NCBI GenBank assembly: GCA_051294375.1
Contig: CM119264.1
Span: 1,950,661-1,987,793, forward strand
DNA: 37,133 bases
From: Paraspadella gotoi
Taxonomy: Eukaryota > Animalia > Chaetognatha
Direction of reading: 5' to 3'
Part shown: piece after piece, positions 1 to 10,783 of the stretch
How the letters are laid out: every line of letters begins with the position of its first letter
Numbering within the stretch: the stretch's first letter is position 1
The notes under the pieces: generated by a model
What the model was told of the DNA's origin: nothing
Seen by the model: only the letters and a program-made list of their open reading frames with translations
Databases searched by the model: none
Translations under genes and position numbers: made by a program

Positions 1-1422
1 CTATACTTTTTGACACCTCGTCGATTTTTCCCCTTTTCATTGACGAAAACAAAATTAAACTTTCATCTGGGTGTCTCAAGTAAGACTCCCAATCGTCAAA
101 TTCGTTATTTTGTGACATTTTATATATATTTTATGACTAAAAAAAATATGTAATTCCGAAGAGAAAAAATTCGAAAATGATTATTAATTTTCTTGCTTAT
201 ACAATTTATAAGAAAATTCTCGTATTCTTCCTCTTCCTCTCCCCCATCGCTTTCTGATTGGCTGTGAGAATTTGTATTTTTATTAAAATTCTCATGAAAT
301 TTACAAATTCTCAGGAGTTTTACAAATTCTCACATAGTTTTTACAAATTTTCACAGAAATCAGGAAATTTTCTGAAAAAAATTACATTTCGCCAGGAAAA
401 ATTGGGCCTTCTGTCTGAATATTTAAAATAATCAATACAAATTAAGTAAGAACTACCGCGTAGAAAATTTAGGAAAAAATAAAAGAAATTTTCACAGGAA
501 ATTACAAATTTTCACAGAAAAGCACAAATTCTCACAGAAAATTACAAATTCTCATAGAAAAAATAGAAATTCTCACAGAAAAATTACAAATTTTCGTGAA
601 TGTCTCTCTCTCTCTTTATCTCTCTCTCTCTCTTCTGTTTGTCTCGAACAGAGAAAAATTGGTCACGAGGGAGACGAGAAAACATCTGGTCCCGAGATGG
701 AGAGAAAATGACAAGGATGAGGAGGGTAGTGAGCTTGAGGATTTCCGGGTCCAATCGGAGAACACGAGAATTCTGAGATGTTGCAAAGCTGGAGGATCGA
801 GTAATTTATTGTCTGGGTGAATATAAAAGAAAGGATCGAAGGTGAGAAAAGCAAGAGAAAAAATTGAAATTTTTCTGTGAGAATTTCGAAATTCTCATTG
901 ACCACTTTGCAAATATTCTATGAGAATTTTTACTCTTTACTCCGATTTCTACAAAAAATTTGTAGAGAAAGAAAGGAAGGAAGGGAAGAATTTGAATTTT
1001 TCTCAGCTGTAGCCAGACGAGAATGACCAGCTGTTGTTTGCTAGGAATAATAACAACTTTTTTTTTGCCAGATTTTTTTTTTATATGTCCAGATCACATT
1101 CTTTCTCCAAGAATTTTTTGTAGAATTCAGAGTAAAGAGTGAAAAATTCAACAGAAAATTTACAAAGTGGTCAAGGAGAATTTCGAAATTCTCACACTTC
1201 GGCCACATAAAAAAAGGAAATAACTTGTAAATAATTACAACAATCATTACAAATTTTCCGTCTTTTCTACAAATTTTTTCTAGAATCCGGAGTGAAGAGC
1301 GAAGTTTTAGCCGGAAAATTTGCAACTCGGTCAAGGAGAATTTCGAAATTCTCAGTCAGACCACATAAAGAAACTAAAGGAATAACATATAACTATCTAC
1401 TTCCACAAATTTTTTCTGAAAC

Positions 1423-1928
1423 TTTTTGATACAAATTTTTAAAAAATGATATTTTTAACAATGTTTGTGAAATATTTTGTAAAAAAAATTACGGCGAATT
1501 GACTAAAGAAATAATTGCCTTTGTTTTGCTGAAAGAATTTTTAAAAAAGGATTATCGGTTAAAAAGTTATAATTTTTTTAAATTTAAAAAAAAATCATTT
1601 TTCTTAATAATTTTTTTTATTTAATAAGTTTGAACTAGGCTAAAGGGAAAAAGGGAATGCACATTTTTCAGAGTAAATAAAGAAATAGTAAATTCTGATT
1701 TGACAATGGGTAACTTTAATATTTTGTCTCACCAGGTCATTAAAGTTTTTTTTAAATTTTTATCATTTTATAATGGAATTATGACTTTTAAATAAGGTAG
1801 TTTTTTAAATTTTTTTCTATATAAAAGAAAAAGAAAAATTGACAAAAGCGATATAATGATTAATTTTTTTTACAAAATATTTCACAAACATTGTTAAAAA
1901 TATCATTTTTAAAAATTTGTATCAAAAA
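1423..1928. repeat. Foldback/MITE-like element with ~68-bp inverted arms
   Basis: 1423-1491 is the near-perfect reverse complement of 1861-1928, around an AT-rich ~370-bp spacer. Confidence 0.7.
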
Positions 1929-2178
1929 TTGCCTAAAACAATAGGTTTTAAAAAAAATTTTACTTAGTAAAAAATTCACATAATTTATAATGCAAGGTAT
2001 GTAACATCGTCAATTTTGTCCGCTCTACAAGATAGTTTGGGTTTCGTCCCTCTAGCAATAAAGCTTTTAAAGATATTTAGCAAAAAGTCCATTTTTTATC
2101 ATTTTTTTTCATTTTTTTCAAAGTTGGCAGCATTTAATGTAAATTTTTTTTTTTTTTAAATGTTCAAAAAATTCATAT

Positions 2179-2549
2179 TGTTGGTAACGTGACTCGTGGC
2201 CCTCAAAATATGACGGATAGAGAGCTGGATTATGCATAATTCTGTCTAATTAGTTTTTGAAGTTACCTGAAATAATTGTAGATTTGCCCCAGTTGTAAAA
2301 TGTAATTTAAACCATGACAAAATATTGCTTCTTACTCCCTTGAGATCTAAAAATGGAATGCACTTAATTCTCTGCCTCCTTCCCGTCTCTCTTCCTTTGT
2401 TTATCTAATTCACTAAATGTTTACAAAATAGGAGCCGAGCTCTGTGAATCTACAAAATATTAAACTTTGGAACTAAGAGAATTTTAGAGAGACAAAATTT
2501 GAACGAATGTTAATTACTAAATTGGAGGCTAATTAAAATATTACTAACA
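2179..2549 (-). mobile_element. Solo LTR (Gypsy-like)
   Basis: TG...CA ends with imperfect terminal inverted repeats (TGTTGGTAAC / ATTACTAACA). Flanked by a 4-bp TSD ATAT (2175-2178, 2550-2553). Near-identical over its whole length to 6959-7326. Confidence 0.88.
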
Positions 2550-2620
2550 ATATGATGTATGGGCACCTTTTACACATTACTCGTTTTTTGATTTCAAAAC
2601 TTTTCATATATGGCAAGGTC

Positions 2621-2740
2621 TACTGTTCATATTAAATTAATATATGATAATTAAAAAATAAAGAGGCGCAAAAGTCTACAGTATCATAATCTTATCAGCT
2701 CATTATCCGCAACAAAAACAGGTAACAAAAAATGGAAGAA
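2621..2740 (+). repeat. Dispersed copy of part of the U2-fragment array (two U2 units)
   Basis: Nearly identical to 11200-11310, including the spacer AATTAAAAAATAAAGAGGCGCAA. Confidence 0.8.
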
Positions 2741-3181
2741 ATGTGATCAGGACATAAAAATCATTTATCATCAAACTTTTTTTTAATCAAATTCAAGAAC
2801 ATTTCATCTTTGTTACTAGAAAATCGTTTTTGTTCTTGAAAAAGGAAAAGTTTATTTTCCTCTATCTGGGATGGTGGTAATCTGGGTCTAACTAACGAAG
2901 TCGTAAAGGAAGAAGGCAAAATGCGGGAAAACGTATATCTACTACTAAAAAAGGCAAAAAAAAGGTGTACAAAAACTGGAGGGAAAAATCGGAAGGAGCG
3001 GAGAGGAGAAAGTAGGAGAGAGAAGGTAAAAACGAGTCGGATCACGTGTGGGTCGTTTCTATGTAGCGCAACCCTTACCTGACCACCTCTGTTTGTTAAG
3101 GTGTGCGTTTCCAGGCTGCTCCCATCGACGTGGACCTCGACGGTTGTGGTGACGGTGAATTCGACGTTACGGGGTGGGTAA

Positions 3182-4057
3182 TAGCGCGGAGCATAAATAC
3201 AAGATATGATATATGACCTCTTGTGCCCCCTTAATTTTTTGTATTTGATATAATACTATCGCCCAAGTTTAAAAAAATGAAAATTCGCTTGCTCAATTTT
3301 CCCGTTCTATCGATTTAATAAAGCAATTTGATGCAAAAAAATTGTAAAAAATTAGCAAAATTTGATATCAAAGAAAGCTGATTAAGTTCACTTTTTTAAG
3401 TGAAATATAGCTAAAACAAAGAATTTAAACCCGTTTTCATCCACATTGGAAAATAAGTACCAAGCCACATAACGCACTCAATATCCTGTTTAAAGCTTAT
3501 AAAAGATTTTAGTACCTATATTAAACTTTATACAGCTTATAATAAGCTTTACCAAAAAGATATTAATTGACTTACCATAGGCCTTAACCATTACCACTCT
3601 CCCTCCCTTCCGTAGATCGCTCTGGCCGATCTGTCTTCTTTTTTTAAAAAAATGAAAAAAATTCTCATGAAAGACTGGTAAAATCGTTTTAAATAAGTAC
3701 TCTGTTAAATATTAGTACAATTAATAATATGAAGCCTCCGGAATGAAAACTAAATTGTGCGGCCTTAGTATTTTAAATACATTCAAATACTTTAATTCAA
3801 CTTTACCTAAAAACAAAAACGCATTTTTAAATATTTCAGAGTTTATTCGAGATGCTCTCGTTAAGGTCCGATCAGTATTTTCACTTTTTTAGAAATGTTT
3901 CGAGGTGCTCTCGTTAAGGTTCGATCGTTTTTTGCCTCTGTAGAATTTTTATTTTTCGCTCTCTCTCGCTTGCTTTTTTTTCTGACGCGAAATAAATTCT
4001 TTAAGAAGATTCTGCTTTTCGATGTTAGTATAACTCATGAAAAGGGAGCTCTTCAAA

Positions 4058-4092
<35 letters not shown>

Positions 4093-6154
4093 TGAAAGTC
4101 TTTTTTTAAGTTTTATTTTGTGCTCGCGAGGAAAGATATAAAAAAAAAATTTGAAAAGATTAGGAAAGATGGAAGAAAAAAAATTATGGTGGGTTGGGAG
4201 GGTTTGTCGGTGAGCCAGTTAGTCGGTAGAGCAGGGAAACTTAATCCTGGGGTAGGTTAAACCTAGGGGAAAGGCCTGTTTGGGCGCCACTCAGAAGGTA
4301 TGCACCTATCTAGAGATATAGGGTGACTGTTATCTTGACAGGGAGAAAAAATGAGTACTGAGTGTGAGATATATATTAGTAATAGGAAAACAGGTACAAC
4401 AAAGGGGAATAAGGGTATATAAAGGGGAGGAGGGAAGTAGGAAGGCTTGAGGAATGAGGACCCCGAGATCGTGAGGAGAGTGTCTGAGGCCGATCTCCAA
4501 GACTGTATCCGTGACTCCGAGGATGAAGAGGAGGGGGACAATGAGGGAGGAGGAGGCGTTGAGAGGGGGAAGAGAAGACCCGGGAGAGAGAAAGGTCCTG
4601 GCGGTAAGGGGGGGTCTATCCTGATAACTATTACAATTTGTTCAGCAAATTAATTTTAGATCAGAAGATGTTTTATCACAATTTTCATAAACCTCTTCAA
4701 TTTTGTTTAACATTTTGTTGGCTCATTTTAGTCTGTATAACCAGGATTTTAATTTCTTACAATAAATAAATATAATCCTAAATTGTATTGACGCTCGTGG
4801 CGGCGTGTGGGCATGGCCATAGGAAAAAGGGCTCGACGTCAGACAGCCGTGGATTCGATATCGGCTTCTGACTTAGACTTTTTCGAGAGAAAGAACGCGA
4901 CTACGACTATGCTTTGTTGGAAGCTTTATCTCTCTGATTCACTCTCTCTCTATCTCTCTCTCTCTCTCTCTCACTAACTCTCTGTGTCTCTCTCTCTCTG
5001 AGGAGAACTTCTGTCTCGATGCTTACGGTCCAGGCGTTTGCAGTCGCTCGTCCAAAAAAATGATTTTGACAAGTCTCGCTGACTTTATCTCCGTTGAGTG
5101 TAAAACGAGAGTTTATTCTCGGTGACAGACGAGGCAAAAACGACTGAAAAGCTGGTCATAAAAATTATGAAAGTAAACATTTAAAATGACCAACGTTATT
5201 AACAGGCCGAGATTAAGCTAAACAACTCTGATCTTGAATAACCATTTTCATTTATTTAATTTTATTGTTAATATCAGTTTTAGTTTTTGTCACTGTCGCT
5301 TTAAAAGTGTTTTGTTTCATGCTTTTGTTTTTATTCATTGTATAAATTTTTAAAATATTAAGAGAAAGTTTTTAACATTTACAAACAATAAATTTAGTAA
5401 ATATTAAAAATAAACCTCTCAAACTGGAAAAATGGAAGAAAAAAAGAATATCAGTCTTGACTTAGAGGCAACAATAGAGTAAGGTAACCACCAGGGTGAA
5501 ATGCCTGATGCCTTTTATATCATAAACAAAACCTCTCTTGCTTTGGAGGATTTTATTAATAATTTATTTTTCTTTTTGTTATATTATGAAAGTTTTAAAC
5601 ACCATTTGAATAAATACACAGATCCATAAATTTATTAGTTTCATAATCGCCTTAGTTTATTATTTCGCTTTATTTTTTGTGGTTCAAAAAAATGAAAAAC
5701 TAAACTATTAATAGATAAAGTAACTTTTTACAAATGAAAACAATTATATATCTCCTTATTTCATATATATTTGATTAAAAACATTCTAATTAACAATCTT
5801 TCCTATTATTTGAATTTTGTTGTATTTTTCCCAAAAAAATGCAATTTTTTAATAATATTAAAACATTATTTAATACATATTTTTTATATTTATATAGTTG
5901 AAATAGTTTTAAATCCTTGGATTTAGCTATAATTTATAAAAATTAATAATACTAATCATTTTTATTTTATTTTTAAATTTGCTATTTTTTCCGATTTTTT
6001 TGCATCTTATCGCATTATAAAATCGATATAACGGGAAAATTGGCCAAGCAAATTTTGAATTTTTTGATCTTAGGGAATAGTTTTACATGTGTTTCAAAAA
6101 ATTAGGAGGGCACAAGACGTCCTTTATTATTTCTTGTATTTATACTCCGCGCTA
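3182..6154. mobile_element. Non-autonomous hAT-type DNA transposon (~2.97 kb)
   Basis: Termini TAGCGCGGAG(C/T)ATAAATACAAGA are inverted, and diverged inverted homology extends ~180 bp inward (3182-3365 vs 5975-6154). Perfect 8-bp TSD GTGGGTAA at 3174-3181 and 6155-6162. No transposase ORF. Confidence 0.88.
4212..4289 (+). pseudogene. Degenerate tRNA-Lys-like sequence ending in CCA (on the minus strand, a tRNA-Lys primer-binding site)
   Basis: AGTCGGTAGAGCA (D arm), TTAATC (anticodon loop side) and CCTGTTTGGGCGCCA (acceptor 3' end plus CCA) occur in the same order as in eukaryotic tRNA-Lys(UUU). The T arm is replaced by an unrelated hairpin. Confidence 0.6.
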
Positions 6155-6429
6155 GTGGGTAATCCAATTCGTGGAGGTAAGAAAGGCTAGCTTCCTGGTT
6201 CGCGGGGTCAGAGTCACGGGGTGAGGTGGGTGGGGTGGAAAGCCAGTGGGAAAAGACTCTCGCGAGGCGAAGTGGATTAACTCTATCCATCGAAAGCAAG
6301 GTGAACGGGAGAGGGAAAGGGAGAAGGGAAAAAGGAAAAGGGAAATGGAAATGGAACAGTGGAGAGAGGGAGAAGGGAAATTGGTGGAGTGGAGAATTCG
6401 AAAAAAAGGACTCGACACAGAAACGAGAT

Positions 6430-6875
6430 GGATTATGGATTTGGTTCTAAACAGAGAGAAAATGGATTTGAAAATGGATTCAAATCGATTTGATGTGGAT
6501 TTCAAATGGATTCGAAAATGGATTTGAAAATGGATTTGAAAATGGGTTCAGTATGGATTCAAAGTGGATTAAATATGGATTCTATATGGACTCAAAAATT
6601 GGATTCAAACAAAAAAAAATGGTCTCAATATGGATCTGAATTGGATTGGAAAGGGATTTTGATGGATTCTAAAGGGGTTTAAATGGATTCGAATGGGGTT
6701 TAAATGGGTTCGAATGGGGTTTAAATGGGATTTAAACGGATTCGAACTAGATTTGAATGGGATTCGAATGGGATTTAAACGGATTCGAACTGGGTTCGAA
6801 TGGGATTCGAATGGGATTTAAACGGATTTGAAATAGAATCGAATCGGATTCGAATGGGATTTATATGGGTTCGAA
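6430..6875 (+). repeat. 10-11 bp minisatellite (AAATGGATTCG-like)
   Basis: Dozens of degenerate ATGGATT(C/T)GAA units. Confidence 0.85.
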
Positions 6876-6958
6876 AGACAGAAAGTGGGGGAGAAAATGG
6901 ACACGATATGAAAAAGGTGGGGAAAGAAAGAGAAGAGGCGTCAGAGGAGGGAGTAATG

Positions 6959-7326
6959 TGTTGGTAACGTGGTCTGTGGCCCTCAAAAGATGACGGATAG
7001 AGAGCTTGATTATGCGTAATCTGTCTAATTAGTATTTGAAGTTACCTGAAATAATTGTAGATTGCCCAAGTTGTAAATTGTAATTTTAAACCATGTTAGT
7101 AAATCGACTTAATCCCTTGGAACCAGAAAATGGAATGAACTTAATTCTCTGCCTCCTTCCCGTCTCTCTTCCTTTGTTTATCTAATTCACTAAATGTTTA
7201 CAAAATAGGAGCCGAGCTCTGAGAATCTACAGGATATTAAACTTTGAGACTAAGAATATTTAGAGAGACAAAATTTGAAAATAAGAATTAATTACCAAAC
7301 GGAGGCTAATTAAAATATTACTGACA
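6959..7326 (-). mobile_element. 3' LTR of a minus-strand LTR retrotransposon
   Basis: Second copy of the 2179-2549 LTR, TG...CA. It directly abuts TCTCCCCCCCC (7327-7337), which is a polypurine tract on the minus strand. No matching 5' LTR or PBS was seen in the window. Confidence 0.85.
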
Positions 7327-7545
7327 TCTCCCCCCCCAAAACAAATTTTGTAACAGGCAGGTAAATAAACAAGCTAACAATGTGTACAAATGATCACATG
7401 TAAAGCACCAGCACAAATAATCACAATAGTTATAACAGTATTACAATTGATCACATATAGCTAAATATAGGAAAAATAAATCAAGTACGAAAATAAATCG
7501 ACGCTGCATTTAATATAAAAATCGTAGCACAGTCAAAAAATGTTT

Positions 7546-8959
7546 TTAGAACAAATCGAACTGTTGGCCAAACTGGTGAAACGGCGCGTCGCGTGTCCAT
7601 CCATGCGGAGCAGCTTCCTCTGTCGAATCCTGCGTCTGCTGCTGCGTCGGCATCGTCGATGTGCGCAGCGTCGTATTTTGCTGCGTCATCTGCTGTTGAA
7701 ACGGAAACTGTTGCATCATTTGCTGCTGAGTCGGAACTTGCTTCATCGCATATTGCTGCATTGGAAATTGCTGCATCTGCAGCTGCTGCGTCGGAAACTG
7801 CAACTTCGTATGCTGCTGCATCGGAAATTGCTGTCCCACAAATTGAGGCTGCACATGTTGATTCGCCAACTGTTGCAATTGTTGTTGAATTCCCGATTGC
7901 TGCTGAATTTGAGTATTTCTCGAAAAGGTCGACAAGATCGGCGGCAGCATCTGTTCGTTGTCACCAAAGTCCGGCGGTGGCGGCGGAACGACGTTCCAAT
8001 CCATCTGAGCTCCCGGCGCCATCATTCCCGGAGGCGGTGGCACGCCCACTCCCTCGAATCCTTGCTGAGCGGTCTCTTGATCATTCGCGCCTCTTCTTCC
8101 GCCTTCACGCAACTGCTCTGCCGTCATTTGTTGTCGGTTCCAGCCTCTCGACTCCCGCGCATTGTTCGAAAGACCAGGAACATCGGTTGCGTTGTCCAGC
8201 AATACTGCTTCGCGACGAGAGTCGCCACGAATCGCTTCCCCCCTCCTTTTCCGTGCGTTTGGAGAAGGACCGACGGCTCGCGCTTCTCTAGGAGGCGCCT
8301 CTCCCCAATGCCGAGGGGTATCGTAGTTCTCTCGCGCCGAGTTCCCCGTCTGCTCCGCCCACTGGCGCGGCGAGTCATAATTCGTTTGGATCATATTCGC
8401 CGCCCGCTCTCTCACTCGGACGTAGTGTCAGCGTTCGGCTTCTCGGAGGCGGAACCGGTCGGTCTTGCGCAGTAGTACTTGCATCCGAAAATGTGACAGT
8501 CGGAGGCGCCGCGGTTTCCGTCGACGCATCCGCCATTGTCGGTCTCAAAACTTCGCACAGCGGTCTCCCGTCCTCGTCATCTGACGCAGTGGGCGTGTCA
8601 TCCGGCAGCGGCAATCTCGCCGGGAAATTCTGATCGCCGTCATCCCCGACGTCAACGCCCTGGTCGCGGAGCCACTGGAGGCACGCATAGTGGTCGAGGA
8701 TGTTCTCGATCAACTCCCTTCTCGTCGTATCCTCATCCACGATCGGTCGGCCTCGTTTAGTACATTGGAAGTTGTACTTCAATCCGTATTTCGAGTGCAC
8801 GGCATGGTGCTCCGAAACTCTACACTTCCGGCACCATCCTCCCGCCAGCGGCGTTCCTATCGCTTCGCGCACCCTCGCCTGAACCACATCGTTTTCCCGC
8901 ACCAAATCCGGCGTGCGCCACGCCTCCAAATTCGTCCTTATCTCGTCGCGAGAAGCCAT
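7546..8959 (-). pseudogene. Orphan accessory ORF of the LTR element, split by a frameshift near 8415-8430 (~470 aa)
   Basis: GC-rich overlapping ORFs 8959-8375 and 8415-7546 lie just 5' of the PPT. The N-terminus has WCRKCRVSEHHAVH (Cx2Cx4Hx3H). The C-terminus has NYD(S/T)PR(Q/H)W repeats and QQFPMQQ-type repeats. Confidence 0.55.
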
Positions 8960-9456
8960 CGATCACTGACGTAGTCTCTAGTTCTTTTCAATTGTTAGGT
9001 CACTCCTTCGTTGCTCTTTTGTTTATCGAAAATTGTTAATTTTTTTTTTTTTTCTTAACACCGTGTCCAAATTATCGTTCCTAATCGTTCCCGGCCTTGT
9101 TTGCCCGTATTCCTGTTAAATAGTATAAATTCGTTTATTCGGCTGATCTTTCATTTCATTCGGTATACTTCCCCTCCCGCCCAAAGGAAGGAAAAATCGC
9201 AGTATGAACTAATTTATGTTATTCGAATCGCAAACAAAATATAATCGCAACACCTCGTGCCTTTATTTAATATTACCAAATATACTGTTCGTTTCAACCG
9301 TGTAAATAGCATGCAAATAAGCAAAAAAAATCTAGCCAGAAAACAGGAATCGAGATTATTGATAAATAACCAAAACGTCGGAACTTATAGAATATAAAGC
9401 AATAAAATACATAGATCACATCGACTCTCACCGTAATTCGTTAAATCGTTCCGTAT

Positions 9457-10262
9457 TTAAAACCAGATGTGTCGCAGGTGCCCCGGAATCTTACTCCTGT
9501 ACCACCGGAGCTGCTTGAGAAAGTGTAAGTGCTTGCAGTTCTCCTTGGCCTGTACATCCGTAAAAGATGGCATCAACAGCATCCGCGGATGCAACCAGGC
9601 TGAAGAGATCAAGTCTCCAGCAAATCTTGAACGGAGCATTCCGTCCCACTCCTCAAGCAACAAATCAAGATTCACTACCGTCCTGAGACCTCAACGGTTG
9701 CCTCCGACGGGCCTTTTCTCTCGGTGGGTCTTGTCGGTGAACCTGCCTTCTCATTTGGCGTCCCGCGCTTCTATGTGTACCCTCATAGCGATCTATTGCG
9801 CTATCGTCCCAGTGCCATGGCATCCCTCGTCGGCGAATCAGCACCATCTCGTTTTTCCGACAAAAAAACGGGCGCGTTTGAATCTGAAAAATCTTACTAG
9901 GGTGCCTGTCCATGAAACTTATGAGCGATCGCATGGGCGGAACCTCTATCACGGGGTACAAATTATCCTCATAAAAGGAATCGCATGTCTTGTCCCCATC
10001 CCATTTCGAATTTTGTAAGTGCAGTCCCTACTCAAAATTTTTTCTTCAGATTTTGACGGTAAAAATTGAATTTTCGAATTGATCTGATTTGATTAATTTG
10101 ATTTGCCTCACGCATCAGGGTTCCCCGGTGGAGACACCATGTGTAAAGTGGAATGCGTGGAGGGTCCATTTCCACATAACCCTCATCAATCTCTATCATA
10201 ATGAGGGCTCCGCTGAGTTTCATGGCACATGGTAGATGGTGAAATAAAATAAAAAAGGCCAC
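9457..10262 (-). pseudogene. Decayed orphan ORF (three consecutive fragments), possibly part of the same LTR element
   Basis: A GC-richer island with consecutive minus-strand ORFs 10262-10032, 9961-9665 and 9675-9457 joined by frameshifts. No recognisable domain. Confidence 0.3.
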
Positions 10263-10465
10263 TGTATAACATCATCTAATAACAACAACCAATTCAACCG
10301 ACAAAAAAGAAAATTAAGCAACCAATCTCAGACTTAATGCGACATCTATTCACGGAGAATCAATTCAAATTTGTACGAATTAGTAAATATTCCGGAAAAG
10401 TTTCAACGACCGCCCTTCTTTGCCGAAAAGGAAGAGAAAGAAGAAATCATGAAAGAAGTCGTAGA

Positions 10466-10626
10466 GGGAGGAATCCCTCGTGGGAGGAATCCCGCGTGGG
10501 AGGAATTCCATGGGGAGGAATTCTGTGGGGAGGAATCCCGTGTGGGAGGAATCCAGCGTGGGAGGAATTTCTTTGGGAGCAATTCCATTGGGAGGAATAC
10601 CGTGTGGGAGGAATCCCAATGGAACC
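10466..10626 (+). repeat. 15-16 bp minisatellite GGGAGGAAT-N6-7, 10 copies
   Basis: The core GGGAGGAAT (one copy GGGAGCAAT) is repeated with a variable 3' part. This explains the many overlapping pseudo-ORFs here. Confidence 0.9.
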
Positions 10627-10783
10627 AAATCTGCCCAATTTACATCGTTATTGATTGAAGTAGCACCATGAGAGGAAAAAGAATAAATGAATCCATAATT
10701 TTACAGATAAAATTTAATTTTATTTTTTATATAAGAAATTTTAATTTAAAACAATTTTAAGCATTTGAATGAGCTCTTTTAAA

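Noticed and set aside
2179-7326. The two LTRs as the ends of one intact retrotransposon
   Set aside because: The first LTR has its own TSD on both sides (solo LTR), and the PPT lies outside the interval, on the right of the second LTR.
7540-8475. Plus-strand 311-aa and 232-aa ORFs
   Set aside because: Antisense shadows of the glutamine-repeat ORF on the minus strand.
10337-10671. Six overlapping ORFs, or a CRISPR-like array, at the GGGAGGAAT repeat
   Set aside because: The ORFs are by-products of a stop-poor minisatellite. The units (15-16 bp) are far too short for CRISPR, and the context is eukaryotic with no cas genes.
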